The position numbers and the translations under genes were made by a program. DNA of 64,000 nucleotides, from positions 26,168,848 through 26,232,847 of the forward strand of contig CM120643.1 of the NCBI GenBank assembly GCA_051362555.1, given 5' to 3'. The notes beneath the pieces are model-generated. The model was not told the origin of the DNA, did not search any database, and saw nothing but the letters and a program-made list of their open reading frames with translations. Origin of the DNA: Lingula anatina. Lineage: Eukaryota; Animalia; Brachiopoda. Shown piece by piece: positions 36,888-50,237 of this stretch (position 1 is its first letter; each line of letters begins with the position of its first letter).

Positions 36888-39167
36888 TTAATTTGTTTTC
36901 TTCTCCTTGGTGCCGAAAAGCGAACTCGAAAAATACATTGTTCTTTTATTTACATATCTAAGGCACCAAATAACCAAAAAAATTGCGAACGTGAAAACGG
37001 CACAAATAAATAGCATAATGTCCAACAAAAAATATTCGTACCACGCCAGTCGATAGGTGGCGTATGACCGAAAGAAAAGCGGACCTTTATGACGTATGAC
37101 GTAATCAACCCAATAAAGAAACTGTTCCTTTGCAGGCAATGGCTGGTCACGAAGTAACTCCGATATCTTCATGGCATTTTCCTTATACTCGCTATTTTGC
37201 AACACATTTAAAATAGCATCCTCGAAGTCTTTAGCATTTAGGTTTTTGAATTCGATCTTAACGCCCATTTTCACCCTGGTGACCAGTTTGGTCGCCTGAT
37301 GATACTGGTCGCCCCACAGCGGCACCGCCACTACGGGCACTCCATGGATCATGGTCTCCCAGCTACTGCTGACGCCACAGTGGGTGATGAAGAGCTTGGT
37401 GTTGGCATGGGCCAAGACGTCATTCTGTGGTAACCAGTCGACCAGCAGGGTGTTGTTGCCGAGATGTGCCGGCCGGGGCCCCTTGTACCGCCATATCACC
37501 TTCTGGGGGAGTTTTGCAAATACCTGTGAATGCATAATTGCCCAATATACTTTATTCGTGTTGTTTTTAAATGCCCTATAATTGATGTATCGAAAAAATA
37601 TAATGTAGCAACAGTTGAAAAAAAAATAAAAGTAGAGAGACGGCATTGTGGATTTTAAATACAAAATATTCGGATATACATGGAATGAAAAACTTAATTT
37701 AATCGAAGAACACACGTATATTTACGTCAATATAAGTGTTAATTTTGGACGTTAAATTTTTGCATAAATGTCAATATATTGTACTTTCTTCATACAAAAT
37801 GCTATCAAATAATTTTAAAGGTACTCTGGCGTTGACGTTCTGAATAATCTATACTGCCCCTCCATTTTAAGTTGACCACTCAAACGTTTACCCCTATTTT
37901 TCGCTGTTTTCTTCATGGGTTGTGTACAGTCGCATTTCATAGGGGCATCTCAGGTCAAATAATAACCTTTGCACAGGTTGTAGATAAACAATGATAAGCG
38001 CTCATAATACTTGTAGATGCTTGTCTGAGGGAGGGCCTATTGAATGTGGGGTCGATACACATGAGAACTCAATGCCAACACTAAAATTTCGTTTTAAAAT
38101 ATAAAAATGCCCAATTCCTCACAGGCATTGAATGGAAAGACAATATTTTAAAAAAGTAGTTTCGGTTCACAAAGCAGTATGCCAAATCAAAATATATATA
38201 CCTTTGCTAGTATTTCTGCCTGGTCTTTATCTAGCGTTGCCATGGCAGTACCCCAGCTCAGCAAAATGACACCGTTTACAGCAGACGACATGAAGGCCTC
38301 TAGGTGTGCGGGCAGCGGGCGGGGGGCCGTGTGCAGGAGCCCGGATATTGGTTTCACGTGCGGCATAACAGGGCGTGGATAGTCAAAGGCGAAGTGGACG
38401 TTGGCAGCGATAATAAGGGACACTTTTTCTCCAGCGTATCTGACGTGGGGCCAGTCGACATCGGGGAAATGCTTTCTCTTCAGGTTTTCAATTTTGTTAG
38501 TGGCGGCGATATTTAGATAATATTCAGTTACCCAAAAGAGAACAGCGTTCTGCAGGCGTTGGAAGAAGGACATTTCGTCAGAATACCCATGGTCATCTTG
38601 AATAACGGGGATATATGCCGGATTGACCGGGTTATGAAAAATTGACCAGCAGTTTTCGAACCCATAGTTTGAGTAGATAATGGTCGGAATGTTGAGATAT
38701 TGGACAAGGATTGGTCCAAACAAATCAATCCAGTCGTAGATGAAGAGGGAATAGTTCCCGTGTTTGATTCTGTTCATGACTTCACGATCCCCAAGCAAAC
38801 TGTCACTCACGGAATAACTGACTTCTTCTATGAACGCGATTTGTTTCGGGAAGGACATGTGCACGAACTCTAGTGCCGCTTTGAAATCCCAGTGCTGTTT
38901 GATCCGAGTGACAAGCGGGGTGTTTTTGACGGTGAATTTCTCCAGGTGGACCCCCGCGAGTTGTCGGGTTGGCTGATACGCTGCCTCCACCAGTATGGTA
39001 ACGTTGTGTCCGTGATCCCGCAGCATGAGGGCAAGCTTCTCCATGTTCATGATTCGGGAGTTAAAAAACACGGAGTACGGGTACAGCAGAATGTTGTCCC
39101 CGCAGATCCCGCCGACAACATGCATCAGCACGAGCGCTCGCACGTGCATCGCGAGCAGCGGTTGCAT
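36888..39167 (-). CDS. Membrane-bound UDP-glycosyltransferase (GT1/UGT family), two exons, 533 aa
   Basis: Exon 1 is 39167-38202 (ACCATG start, signal peptide, ..GHNVT.., P..PAYIP, MSFFQRLQN, FDYPRPVMP). A phase-0 GT-AG intron follows. Exon 2 is 37523-36888, with the UGT signature WLPQNDVLAHANTKLFITHCGVSSSWETMIHGVPVVAVPLWGDQ, a C-terminal TM helix and the ER-retrieval KKTN. Confidence 0.93.
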
Positions 39168-39322
39168 GGTGACGCGCAGCAAGGGTGGTTACTGCTCGGC
39201 GAGAACTTACAAATGCTATTGTCGTGTGTAAGTGCGAGTCGGTCAATCTCCTTTCCACGGTCTTTTCTTCTCTGCGTACAACAGTGCGAGTGTATGTGTG
39301 AGTGTGTGTGTGTGTATGCAGC

Positions 39323-39330
39323 TATATATA
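39323..39330 (-). promoter_or_regulatory. Candidate TATA box of the UGT gene
   Basis: TATATATA about 155 bp upstream of the ATG, inside the palindrome CAGCTATATATAGCTG. Confidence 0.4.
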
Positions 39331-40669
39331 GCTGGTCCAGGGGAGGATTGCGACATGGCTTTGCACTGGGTGCTCCACGAGCACTAAATCCTCCCTGGCG
39401 ATCACTGAGTACTCCCCCAGGTGAGCATCGGGTACTTTCTAATTTACCCCGCATTGCGCGTAGCTCAAAGATGCTCCCTTTTCACGGTGCTTTGGTATCA
39501 GAGTCACGTACACGTGACTTGACGTTACTAAGCGATTTACACCCAGTGCATCGGTACATCAGTGCATTCTCGTTACCTTTATAATCATGACGACGCTGAA
39601 GCGCAATTTTAGAACGCCGACCCCCAAAATATCTTTATTTGTATAAGACGACTATTATCAGTGTCCTGGTGTCAGTGGTTGTAATAGAAATTGGTGAGAT
39701 TGTTAACTTAGTGACTCTTCGGTCTGTCGGTGCACAGTTTTTCGGTGCACATACCATACTTGTGACTTGACAGTTGAAATTTAAAAGTGCATATTTTTAT
39801 CAGATTTAATGTCATCAGAAAAAACTTAGAGAAAAAACTTCCCGTTGTTCGCTGTGTTCAGCGAACGCATTTTTGAAATTTCGGGTACACTTGTAAAATC
39901 TGTCGCTCACTGGTATCGATGACTTTGAAACACACTGCATACATACAAACGAAAACCTCCAAAAGCAAATAGATAAATAAATACGAATAACAGGTACATT
40001 TTGCAGGTATCAAGTAGCCAGAAAGATCTAATAATAAAACGTGTTGTAAGGAAAAGACGACGAAATCGATCGCTCCCATAGGATAGAGGTGCCAGCTGAA
40101 GTAAACTTGAATAAACGGTGCAGAACCTTACGAAGGTAGGTTATCGCTGCGAGGGGAGTTTCATTTATGGTGCCTTTATGTATATTTACAACGCCAGTGT
40201 ATGGGGAAACCAATACGGGAGCCACCTCACAATGATTATGCAGCGACGCTTATTCAAAAGTCAACTAATAGTACAAGCCCGGCTGAATGGTTTGAATACT
40301 TGACCTTGGTTTGCAACACCTTTATGAGCTTCAGTCAACATACACGACGTGTTTTTCTTTGATAATTAAAGTATTCTTCGGCTTCTGGTGTCAAATACCA
40401 AACCCAGATGGTAATTAACCTCGTTATCGTGACCCCTGACCTTGCGATGTAGTGCGGCGTGCGAACTATCTCTCAGTGCATCTGTACCGAACCGAAGATT
40501 GGGTCGTTGTGACTGGAATGGAAGTCCTAGGAATGAAAGTCCGGCTCCAATGTATGTATTTTACAAGTTAAGATGAGTCGGAAGCGGCTGGGTTAGTACA
40601 CCCAACTAATGTCATATGTACAAAGCAATGGGAAATGGACTAACGGACGACCCTTCTTTTCACAGTCTC

Positions 40670-40903
40670 AGAATTTAGAAGGGGGGTCAAAGGGTCCTAA
40701 CCCCCCCCCCCCTTCGATTTCTGAAAAAAATCACAATAATGGTCCCCTCTTGAGATTAGAATTTTGACTAGCTTAATTATAGTTTTAAACCGGACCAAAG
40801 ACACCGTTCGCCCCTTTAAAATACCAATGTTTTTCCAACGCCAACGGGGGAGGGGGGCTTTGCATCCGCGGACCCCCTTCAAACAATCCTGGATCCGCCC
40901 CTG
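40670..40903. mobile_element. MITE remnant ending CCTGGATCCGCCCCTG
   Basis: The terminus resembles common invertebrate CAGGGGCGGATCCAG MITE ends and is accompanied by G/C runs. Similar degenerate ends occur at ~42361-42376 and ~54485-54501. Confidence 0.45.
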
Positions 40904-41548
40904 TCAAATCGTCGCCGTTATCACACGGTGATGAGAAAACTGGATGGTACTGTACTTCACAGTCATCTTTCTCGTTTGTCGTTGACATTCTAGAAACAAA
41001 ATTTTAATCGTTATATCATCTTGATAGCCAATCGATTAAATAAGTTGATGTGAAATAGTTGTTGGTCACGGGATGTGTGCGTCCTACCACACCTGTTTCA
41101 CAAAAAAAAATGAAATAATAATAATAAAGACAAAAGGCTGGTAAAAACATTAAGACAAATATGCTATTATTCTTTGACCCGAGATAGATTTAAAGTTGTT
41201 TGCTGAAATGAAAAATTGAATTGGTGTTATCACATGGACAAAATGACTGGTGTTTATAAACCATTAATCACTTCATACAAAAAAAGAAAATAAATTATCA
41301 CCATTCTGACCTTCGCTTTAAAGGACGCCCACTTTTGATTGTAATTTACGTATGAAAATGACTCTTGTTACAAATTAAATGGTCGGATTTCTTGATCACT
41401 GACTGTTGTATTGGTAAATGTATTTCCATATTTCTCTTCCAGTGACAACAAATGGGTTAATTCCACGGAGAGGGTGCCGCTGATCTAGTTTCATTGCTGA
41501 CACCATAAAGAAATTAGCCATATCTATCATGACATATTTTTGGCCAAT

Positions 41549-41552
<4 letters not shown>

Positions 41553-41605
<53 letters not shown>
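41553..41605. repeat. (CT)n microsatellite; others at ~14690-14725, 23021-23048, 34614-34639, 36471-36505, 50199-50232
   Basis: Seen directly. Confidence 0.9.
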
Positions 41606-41608
<3 letters not shown>

Positions 41609-42119
41609 CACTGAACCAACCCACTTCACTGGAATTGCAGATTTTCTCTCTTTGACAGGAACGGATTTTTGGGCGTGATTAAACAACTCCATGTTGGTGA
41701 AAACATTTACAGTGTCACATTCACGTTCAAGATAGTTATCTCAACGTACCCTACGACACTGGTGATGGAAGAACGCGTTGTACTCACTGATCTCAGTCAC
41801 AGAGTACATTAAATAAATTTTACTAAAATAATTTAGATTCGTTTATCGGAAGCCTTTACTCTAAGATTATGGTTCAATATTGTTCAGTCCCAGATAAGCA
41901 TATCGTTGTAGGTAGACAATAAATAATTGCATGTTTAAATTGCTATTTGATAAAAAAATTCTGGCATTTTCATTTATTCAGTCATCTGCGTCCGAAAATA
42001 GCGGTGTCCACGACTGGAAATGGACTGCCTTGTCTTGAGATCAAGATGGCCTGCTTCAGAAGATAGTTTTAGACCAACAGTTGGTGACAACTTTAAGGAC
42101 TCATGATTTAGCTGTCTTT

Positions 42120-42330
42120 GGGACCATTTCTCACTAAATTGCTATCGACTTAACCGGCTTAAATGTCTGTCACGAATAGTTAAGCTGTGAGGGGGTTATT
42201 GTCTTTACACCTTAGCCGATTCGGTAGGCGTGACAGACAATTAAGTCAGTTAGTTGACAGCAATTTAGTGAGACTCCCAGGGACTTAGACCGATCCAGAT
42301 GGATCGATCTAGGCACGGGAACCCAGTCCT
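42120..42330. mobile_element. Fold-back MITE, same family as 18894-19170
   Basis: CTCACTAAATTGCT..TGTCTGTCACG / CGTGACAGACA..AGCAATTTAGTGAG, and the shared tail GACCGATCC..GATCGA..GGGAAC.CAGTC. Confidence 0.6.
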
Positions 42331-42445
42331 TGGCTCACTATAGATTAATACTCCAAATAATCTGGATCTGCCATTGAGCCTGACAAGCACCTCATTTCGG
42401 TCTCAAAATCAGCCAAACTTTTGGTCTAAAAAGATCCCGTTGTTA

Positions 42446-42688
42446 GGGCCTCGTTCCCAGTGAAACTATCCTTCCACGTAGATCGATCCAACTCCGCGGG
42501 GACTCTCGCTGAATGCAATCAGTTTAACAGATTAACACTCACCCTCCTGGCGTTGAGTAGAATACAGAAAAGCTGGTGATTAATTACTACGATGGAAACA
42601 AGAGGAGGCGTGCTTATCCAATAATCGGATTGTAATGAGCGAGAGTCCCCGATCTACGTAGAACGATAATTTCATTGGGACTAGGCCC
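42446..42688. mobile_element. Tourist/Harbinger-like MITE, 243 bp
   Basis: Imperfect ~40-bp TIRs GGGCCTCGTTCCCAGTGAAACTATC...ACGTAGATCG / CGATCTACGT...GATAATTTCATTGGGACTAGGCCC, with a TTA target duplication on both sides. Confidence 0.8.
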
Positions 42689-45600
42689 TTAGGCCTCTAG
42701 ATCACGAAACGTACGTAAAGCGCGTACGCAACGGGTAATCAAAGGGAAAGTTCATTAAAAGCCTGTGCACGCGTTCAAAGTTCGCGGAGTGTAACGACTT
42801 GAACCAATTTAGCATTTATTCCACCATAAAAGCATTTGACATGCCTAAATGTGCTACTGTCTCAATTTAGAGCAAATCTAGGGCGGTCAAATATAGAGTT
42901 TGAAAAAAGAAGCAAGTTCAGGCGCATAAAAAGCCCAGTGAGGGGATAAATGTGTGAAAAAGAAACTAAGTTCATGGGAGACGGTTTCCTCTTAGCCCCT
43001 CACACTTACTCCGTCCATGACTGACGGGGTTAAAAAATGGGTGGGGATATGCCACCCCCTTATACCTATCTTCTACGCCAAAGAAGCTGCCTATCAGGTA
43101 CTTTTTTAGAAATTCAATTTAGTCCACTAAATTCTAAACAGCCTTTGCTAGGACCGTTTTTATCTCTCAAAATGTTCCCAACGCGTGGTTTACAAGTCAT
43201 CTAATCGATCGCGCATAAAATATGCTAAGAATGTTCATCTGATAGACATAAGATTTTCAAAATCATCGCAATTAGAATTACCTATCATTTCGCTTGATAA
43301 TTTCTTTTCTGTTTAAAACCTCTAAACTCGGAAACTTGTACAACACGGAGAAGAAATCAAAGAAAAGAGATGAGTGGAGACCATAAGCCCTTGCCCTATT
43401 TGTCTCTTGGCACAATAAGAACAACGGTAAGTGAGTAGACCTAATCTGTGATACCCGATTATTGAAAGCCAACTTTGCGATACTGTTGTAAGAGCGTTTG
43501 GTTAACAAGTGACCTAGAATAAATGTGACATAATTTATTTCACGAAACATCTTGCAGAAACGTAGGCCTGCTGCAGAAACTGAAATGCGCCGAGTACAGC
43601 CCACACTGGCACATCTACCGCATTCTGACGCACGTGTCACTCCTAGCGCAATTGGCTTACAACCTCCATCACTTACTCCAAATAAATCTAATGCCAGAGT
43701 CACATATACCACACTGTCTTTTTCTGCCTTATGTCGGGAGAACAGTTATGTGACGTTTGAGAAGAAGCTTTCTTTACCAGTGACGTCCAACATAAACGAG
43801 TGGATGCTTTTTTCTGAATATTTAATGGGCAGATAGTGTAAGTTTTTACCGAAGAACACCTCTCTTTACGCAATTTGATTGTGATTTTGCCTTCATATCT
43901 AATACCCCCTTTCTCGTTAATTCATTCAAGCACCAAACGTATCGTTCAGATCATTCTTTTCCGTCTCTCGCCACTATAGCTTTAGTATGTGCTCTGAACC
44001 ATCGATTACTATAACAAGTTAAATAAAGACCAAATGTATGCCCCTATCGTATGATGTATTTTATGTTTAATTTTTGTTGAATTGTAATTACTCCTTTCGT
44101 CTTCCAGTGACCTCTGTAATTCACAGTTTGGCTGGTTAAGGAGTGCAGTGACTCGTGAAGTTGGATACTTGGTACTTTTTGAGCTAAATAAGTAAAAAAA
44201 CAATCTTAACCTTGTATGTCTAGCTAAGGGTTCGTCTTACGTCTAGGATTTTTGATAAAAAGCATGCTATTAAGTTTACTCTTACTTTATAACATCAAAC
44301 CTTAATAAATATAATTTAGTTTGCTTGGATTGGAACACTATTTGAAAGAAAAGAAAGATTTATCGAAAGAAAGAACGAGTGTTATAATTTCACGTTTATT
44401 GTTCTTTGAATTATTGCTGTTCAAATTTAATCATTTTAGATATCAACAAAAAGTTAACAAATTGAAAACATGGTATTTTAAGTTTTGAGGCAAGTCATTA
44501 CTCTCTGGTTTCTCCACAGGTTTCGATTTGTGGTCAGAAATCTACATTTTCCATTACAAATTCGTGACCAGCTTGTAAACTTACAATTGTTCTAATATTA
44601 ATCTATTGTTTATGAATACAGTCACCTGTTGACGGGTTAACGATATATACTAACTTAACCTCGTGTTCAAAATAGGCAAGTTTTGAAAACAATCAGTATT
44701 TTGATATTTTTCTTGATCTAAAACACAAATGACGTAAAGTCACAATAATGTTCGTCAGAGAGCGCCAGACGGATGTGTTTTATGCTCCGCTGAGGCCATG
44801 TGAGAAGAAACGTGTTACGAGTTCTCAAGCGTAGAAAAATTAAAGGTGGTCCTTTTCTGGATAATACACGATACCCTTGTATCCTAATTAGACACAGGGC
44901 GACTTCAATCCTGGTACCTCTCTAAGGTCCACTCGGGGCACGGGAGATTTTCAGGAGACCAGCGCGTCCATGTACAATTTTTCCAACACCATGGCAATGG
45001 TCGTTGTGGTCAATTTGGCCAATTCGCAAAAATCGCCCGATCATTCGGTTATTTTCGTCAACTCGTCTTTAGATTGGTTGGAAAAAATTGAACATTTGTT
45101 TGGGGCGAGTTAGGAGCCGGTGCTTTCCCCCCGGAAGCGACAACTCGATCTGCCGCGCATTACCTGTTGTTATTTCGTAGTCGAGATCAGAGAAAAAATA
45201 ATGGCAGAAATCTGGTTCGTGGCGATTAAATAAGCATTACTTTAAGTCTTCCCAGGTGCTACCCACGCCAGAGCGTTGGGACACCACGCGGAAGGAAAAT
45301 ATAACGAGGTTGGTAAAGTGAATTGAGCTATTTTCCAATATTTACAATTTCCTTTGAACTTTTTCGGCGAGCCGGCTTTTCGAAGGAAAATGACATGAAT
45401 TTTGAAATTCTAATGACGTTTTTCTTGAAAAGAAATATGAACGTGGATTCATTTGGAGTTGATATTTGGAGAGTTTTTATGGTCTGAGGTATAGCAAAAC
45501 TGGAAGTGAGTTTGATTCGTTTTTGGATTTAAACAGCAGGGGAGTACTTTGATCTCGTCTGTGGTCTCGGGAGAGGGTCCCGTGACGTCATCAACATCAT

Positions 45601-48600
45601 GGTGGTCACACCAGAACGCAGATCATCAACGGTACATATTTCATTTTTTTATTGAATTGCTTTGTTTTTAACAAAACTTTAGCTTGAGAATGCTATTTAT
45701 ATTTCAAAGAAGTTTTGGATAAGGGGAGACCTGGATAAAATCTGCTTGTGTGTAATATACTCTATTATAAAAGGAAAAAAATAAAATTTGGCGTCAGCAA
45801 TTAAATACTGAATAAGATTTTTTTCCTTCCTAGAGAAAGAGATAATTCAAGATACTTTTTTCATTTTCATTAAAAGCTCTTGTTGTTATCTTTCACAAGT
45901 ATATTACTAATATAGGAAATGTCATTTGCGATAGCAAGTTTTTGTATATTTTCCGCGGTCCATTGGCTCCGAATTTATTTGATTTAAAACATTGGATTGA
46001 AAAATAAAGATTAAAGATAATGGAAATAAAAAGAAGCATTTCAATAAATAAACTGTTTTTTTGGTCTAACAAAAGTAAAACTCTCGGGAACTGGAATAGA
46101 AAAAATATTTTAGAAATTGATGACTGTTTCTCTGATTTAACGCATTAAATCTTTCGTATTTTATATCTGTTATGTATGCCAGAAATTTAGATTTTAACTT
46201 TTCAAGTAATCGCATCATCGAAGGACTTGGAATATCTGCAAATTGATGTTTTTTTCCCAAAGGAATAAAAATATGGGTTATGTTACGAAGCACTGCCGTT
46301 TTTTCACTCCGCTAATTGCCCCGTGAACAAATATTTTTCTGGCACCCTATCTCCATTAAATGTCAAGAGCACAGATGTTCAACGAAGTAGAAATAACATT
46401 TAAAACCTCCACACTTGTCACTTTATCTCTCGAAAAACAATGCGTGCTAAAGGATGCTTTCGACAACTTACCCCTTGCAGCGCCAAGACCTTGTTAACAA
46501 TGCTGAAATATTTCTTCCAAATTTTCAGCATAATTTGTAAATGTTAAAAATCCCCCTCCCTTCCCTCCCCTCCAAAAAAATGAAAAAGAAAAAACTGCAT
46601 GAATCATCATTTTTCTTCTCATCTTATTTTAAATATAGCTCACTTCTTTTTTTATTTCAACTTTTTGAAATCTTTTTAAAGTCTGTAAAATAAGTCACGA
46701 ATTCATGCTTAAAGTGATCATTCCAGATCAATTTGAAAACCTTTGGTGTTATATTGAAATCAATTTAACTTCATGAACGGCGTCTTTTAGCAGTTGTGGG
46801 GAAATTATTTTCAATTGGATCGAATTTTATTCTTGTAAGTGAATAAAACTGGAAGGAAATTGAATTTTGAAGTAAATATACGTCTAAAGAGAGATTTGCT
46901 GCTCAGGTGGGTTTAGTATTTTCGTTGTTGATAAATTTCGTCGACATAACTACTGAAAGCGATGTGATTGTCCTGAAATACCCCGTTCTTATGCAAGACA
47001 TAATATATGTCTCTTGTAAAAGCAAATAGAAACAGCTTATCATTACAAGTTAGACGGCCAATGTGTAGTACAAACATCGGTTTTCTTGCATGCATTTTGA
47101 TCGGGTGATTGAAAGCGAAAATTTCTTGAAATAGTAAAGAAATAGAGCGATGTTTAGAAAATAAACGGTGTAATCTAGCCAATGTTTTCTATATAGTTTG
47201 GACTGATCGCAAAACCGCCTTTTTGACGCTGAAAACCTACGTCGCTGTATAAGCAAGACGAAATTTACTGTTTTCGATTTTTGCCGATTAAAACAACATA
47301 CTGCGATGTTTTTCGGTGTTTTTAAAGCTCCGGCAGTTTGGGTTTTGCGTTATTTGTCGGCGCGTCGAGTGTGAGGACAACTGAAAACGGTTTAGAGCGC
47401 GCTGGCGGACGCTACGGTAGGTCGTCTTTGAAGTTGGTGTTTTAAGCGTGCATCAAGCTTGTACTCGCCTGTAGATCTACAAGACTTTGCAATAACAGGT
47501 GATGAGGTCGCTCAGCAGACTGCCACTATAACAATCGTACTCGTTACCATGGATTAATTCAAGGATTTCTTATCTCATTTATCTTGGTTGTAAAAAAAAA
47601 AGAATAAAAGAAAAAAATCTGTGCTCAGGTTTACACGCAACACCACGCAATTTCGGGGATTTCTTGGATAATCTTTGGATTTTCCATCTTGGATTTTCTT
47701 TTGGAACGGAAAATCAAATATGAACTACGCGCACACGGAAATTTCCATCGAATTTAGTAGTATTCGTCAGAATCTTTTCTTTTTACTCCTGATTCCTTCA
47801 GTCGGCCATTGGTTTGTGCGATTTAACAATTTCAATTTCGTAAGATGACTTTGGATTTTCACATCTAAAAGGCTGGGATTATGTTAACAGAATTTACTTC
47901 TCCAAAGGCTGCCAATGTGTTTTCAAGACAATGGAATCATTCGGAAAAAAGAAAGCGGGATACCAATCAAAGCTGAGAAGTACCGAAAAAAAGCACTCCA
48001 ATGCTGCGTTCTTTTTTTTCCACGCGTTGTTTTGTTTCTTATCTTCGACTTTAATTACAAATGACGTCTTTTTCCGTTCCTCAACCCGAGGCGGGATTTG
48101 ATGATAAACATTGGGAGAAATTTTACGACACCGCGGCCAAATATGAACTGAACTATTATAAGTGCAATTATATGTAAGATTCTTTGGATGCCGATTCTAA
48201 GCAAACGCACCTTAGCGGGACTCGCTCTTGGAGGTACTGAGGCAGCCGAGAGCGTGAAGGGTGAACGCAGGTGGTAGTTTTTGATGTCGAAATTCCCCTT
48301 TATATGTTGTTTAAGGTTATATTGGATTCTACAAATCGAATAAAAGACATTTGGATCGACTTTGAGACGAGGAACAACAGCGGAACGGATCTCTCAGATG
48401 ATATCAATTTTTAAACCAACAATAACCCTTCCTAGAGAGAAAATTTGATGTCAGACAACAACAGCGTAAATGAAACCAAGGATAAATCAGGGTTTCTTTA
48501 AAATTTTTTACCATTTTTTTCACTACGGACGCTGATGGCATTTTTTCTGCGTTCTCATCTGCGGACCGTGACCCCTTCCGCCAAAGGGCATCGTCTGCTG

Positions 48601-50197
48601 CGAGTTACTGGCATGTTATCTTTCCAAACTCGCAGCTTTTTTAGACCTGCCGCAATCAAAGAAACCGAGAATTGTCTGATTCCGCCATGGGTATACTGCC
48701 AGACGATAAATGTTTCCAGTTTTCTCTCTGGCTCTCTCTTTGAAAATTCAAACTTACAAAAAAAGTAGGATTTAAAGACGTAATTTCGATGGTGCATTGT
48801 CTTGTTGCGAAGATAACTGCAAATCTTAAAATGAGTTCTTAGCTACAAAATTATGGAGTGAAGTAGCAGACGATATTTTCCCGCCACCTTTCAGTCAGTA
48901 GTTCATTAACTAGTTACAAACATTTTTTGTGAACTGCTTTTTAGAGGATGTAAAAAGCTGAACTCAGTCTAAATTCAAACGTCAATCAAACTCATCATAA
49001 AAGGAATGCCAGGTTGGTGATAATTTCGTCAACTCAAAATCAATGAAAAAACTCACTTAAACAGGAAAAAAATAGCTAGTGCCCGTCGGAAACCATTGAT
49101 GTATAGTATGAGTTGACTAATCTTATAATTCACATAACTTGAGATGACTATATTTGTATTTCCTTTTTTATAGTATCTTTTCATAAAGATGCCTTAAAAC
49201 GAATCTAGACTTTTCATGAATATCACAAAAAAATATAAATACAATATATTATTGGCGCACCAAAAAAAAAAAAAAAACTGCGGAAAATGTATCATAAATC
49301 AGATGGATAAAAAAAATTCACCAAGCTTTAGGTGTATAAACTCAAAAATATGCATCATAAAATTGTGACGTTTTACTTTTTTGACTTTTTTTTCTCAAGT
49401 GACATTGTCTCTGACACTTATAAATTTATTTATTTGTATATCTTTTGCAAAATGTCTCGTGCTCAATTAAAAAAACATCATATCCCAAAAACGTAACGCC
49501 GGACTGAAAAGTTTAGAAGGCTCGCGTGAAACGTGTTTGAATATATGGCATTATCTGTTTATATACCGTACATTTGTATCCTGCTCTTATTCTCTCTTTA
49601 TAGTACATAACATATCTGATTTCTGTTGAGTAAACTATGAAGTAAACATGTTCTCAAACTTCTGAAAATATCCATCTTATCCGTCTTTATAAACCGACCT
49701 TATCTTTTGTCGTCCAAGGTGTCCAAGTTGAGCTTTTGATACACAAACAGTACCGAGTTTGATTTGGAATTCAACACAACTTTTTGTTCTGTTTTTGTTC
49801 TGCATTGACTGAAAATGAAATAGGTTGCGACAATCATGCAAGAGATCCATCTTCCAAGACATTGAAATATAGTTGTTTTTAATACCGGCATTGTGTATTT
49901 TAACTCCCATTTTTGTACTGAACAACACATGACTGCAATACAACTATTGGTTCAAAAATCTGTAAGTGTATAAGAGGCATGCAATATAAAGTTATGTTAA
50001 TTTCTTTAAATCGTTGTTTGGAATTGGAAATTTAAAAATTCTGTATGGCTTTTTATCCAGCATATGGAGTGGAAAGTAAATAAATGCAATTCTCCTTGCT
50101 CTATGATAAGATTGTGCTGATGTATTTTATATTAAGCGGTCAGTAAATAAAAGGGTATTTTGGAGCGGTTTGGCCTCAGTTGTAAGATACTGAACCC

Positions 50198-50237
<40 letters not shown>

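Larger units (their letters stand above)
29090..37078 (+). repeat. Segmental duplication, copy B
   Basis: Colinear partner of 18050-26418. Confidence 0.85.

Noticed and set aside
37524-37715. N-terminal extension of the 275-aa UGT ORF, and similar extensions on the BRICHOS exon ORFs
   Set aside because: Intron read-through. Clear AG acceptors define the true exon starts.
38892-39584. 230-aa plus-strand ORF antisense to UGT exon 1
   Set aside because: Antisense shadow running through a (GT)n tract; no domain features.
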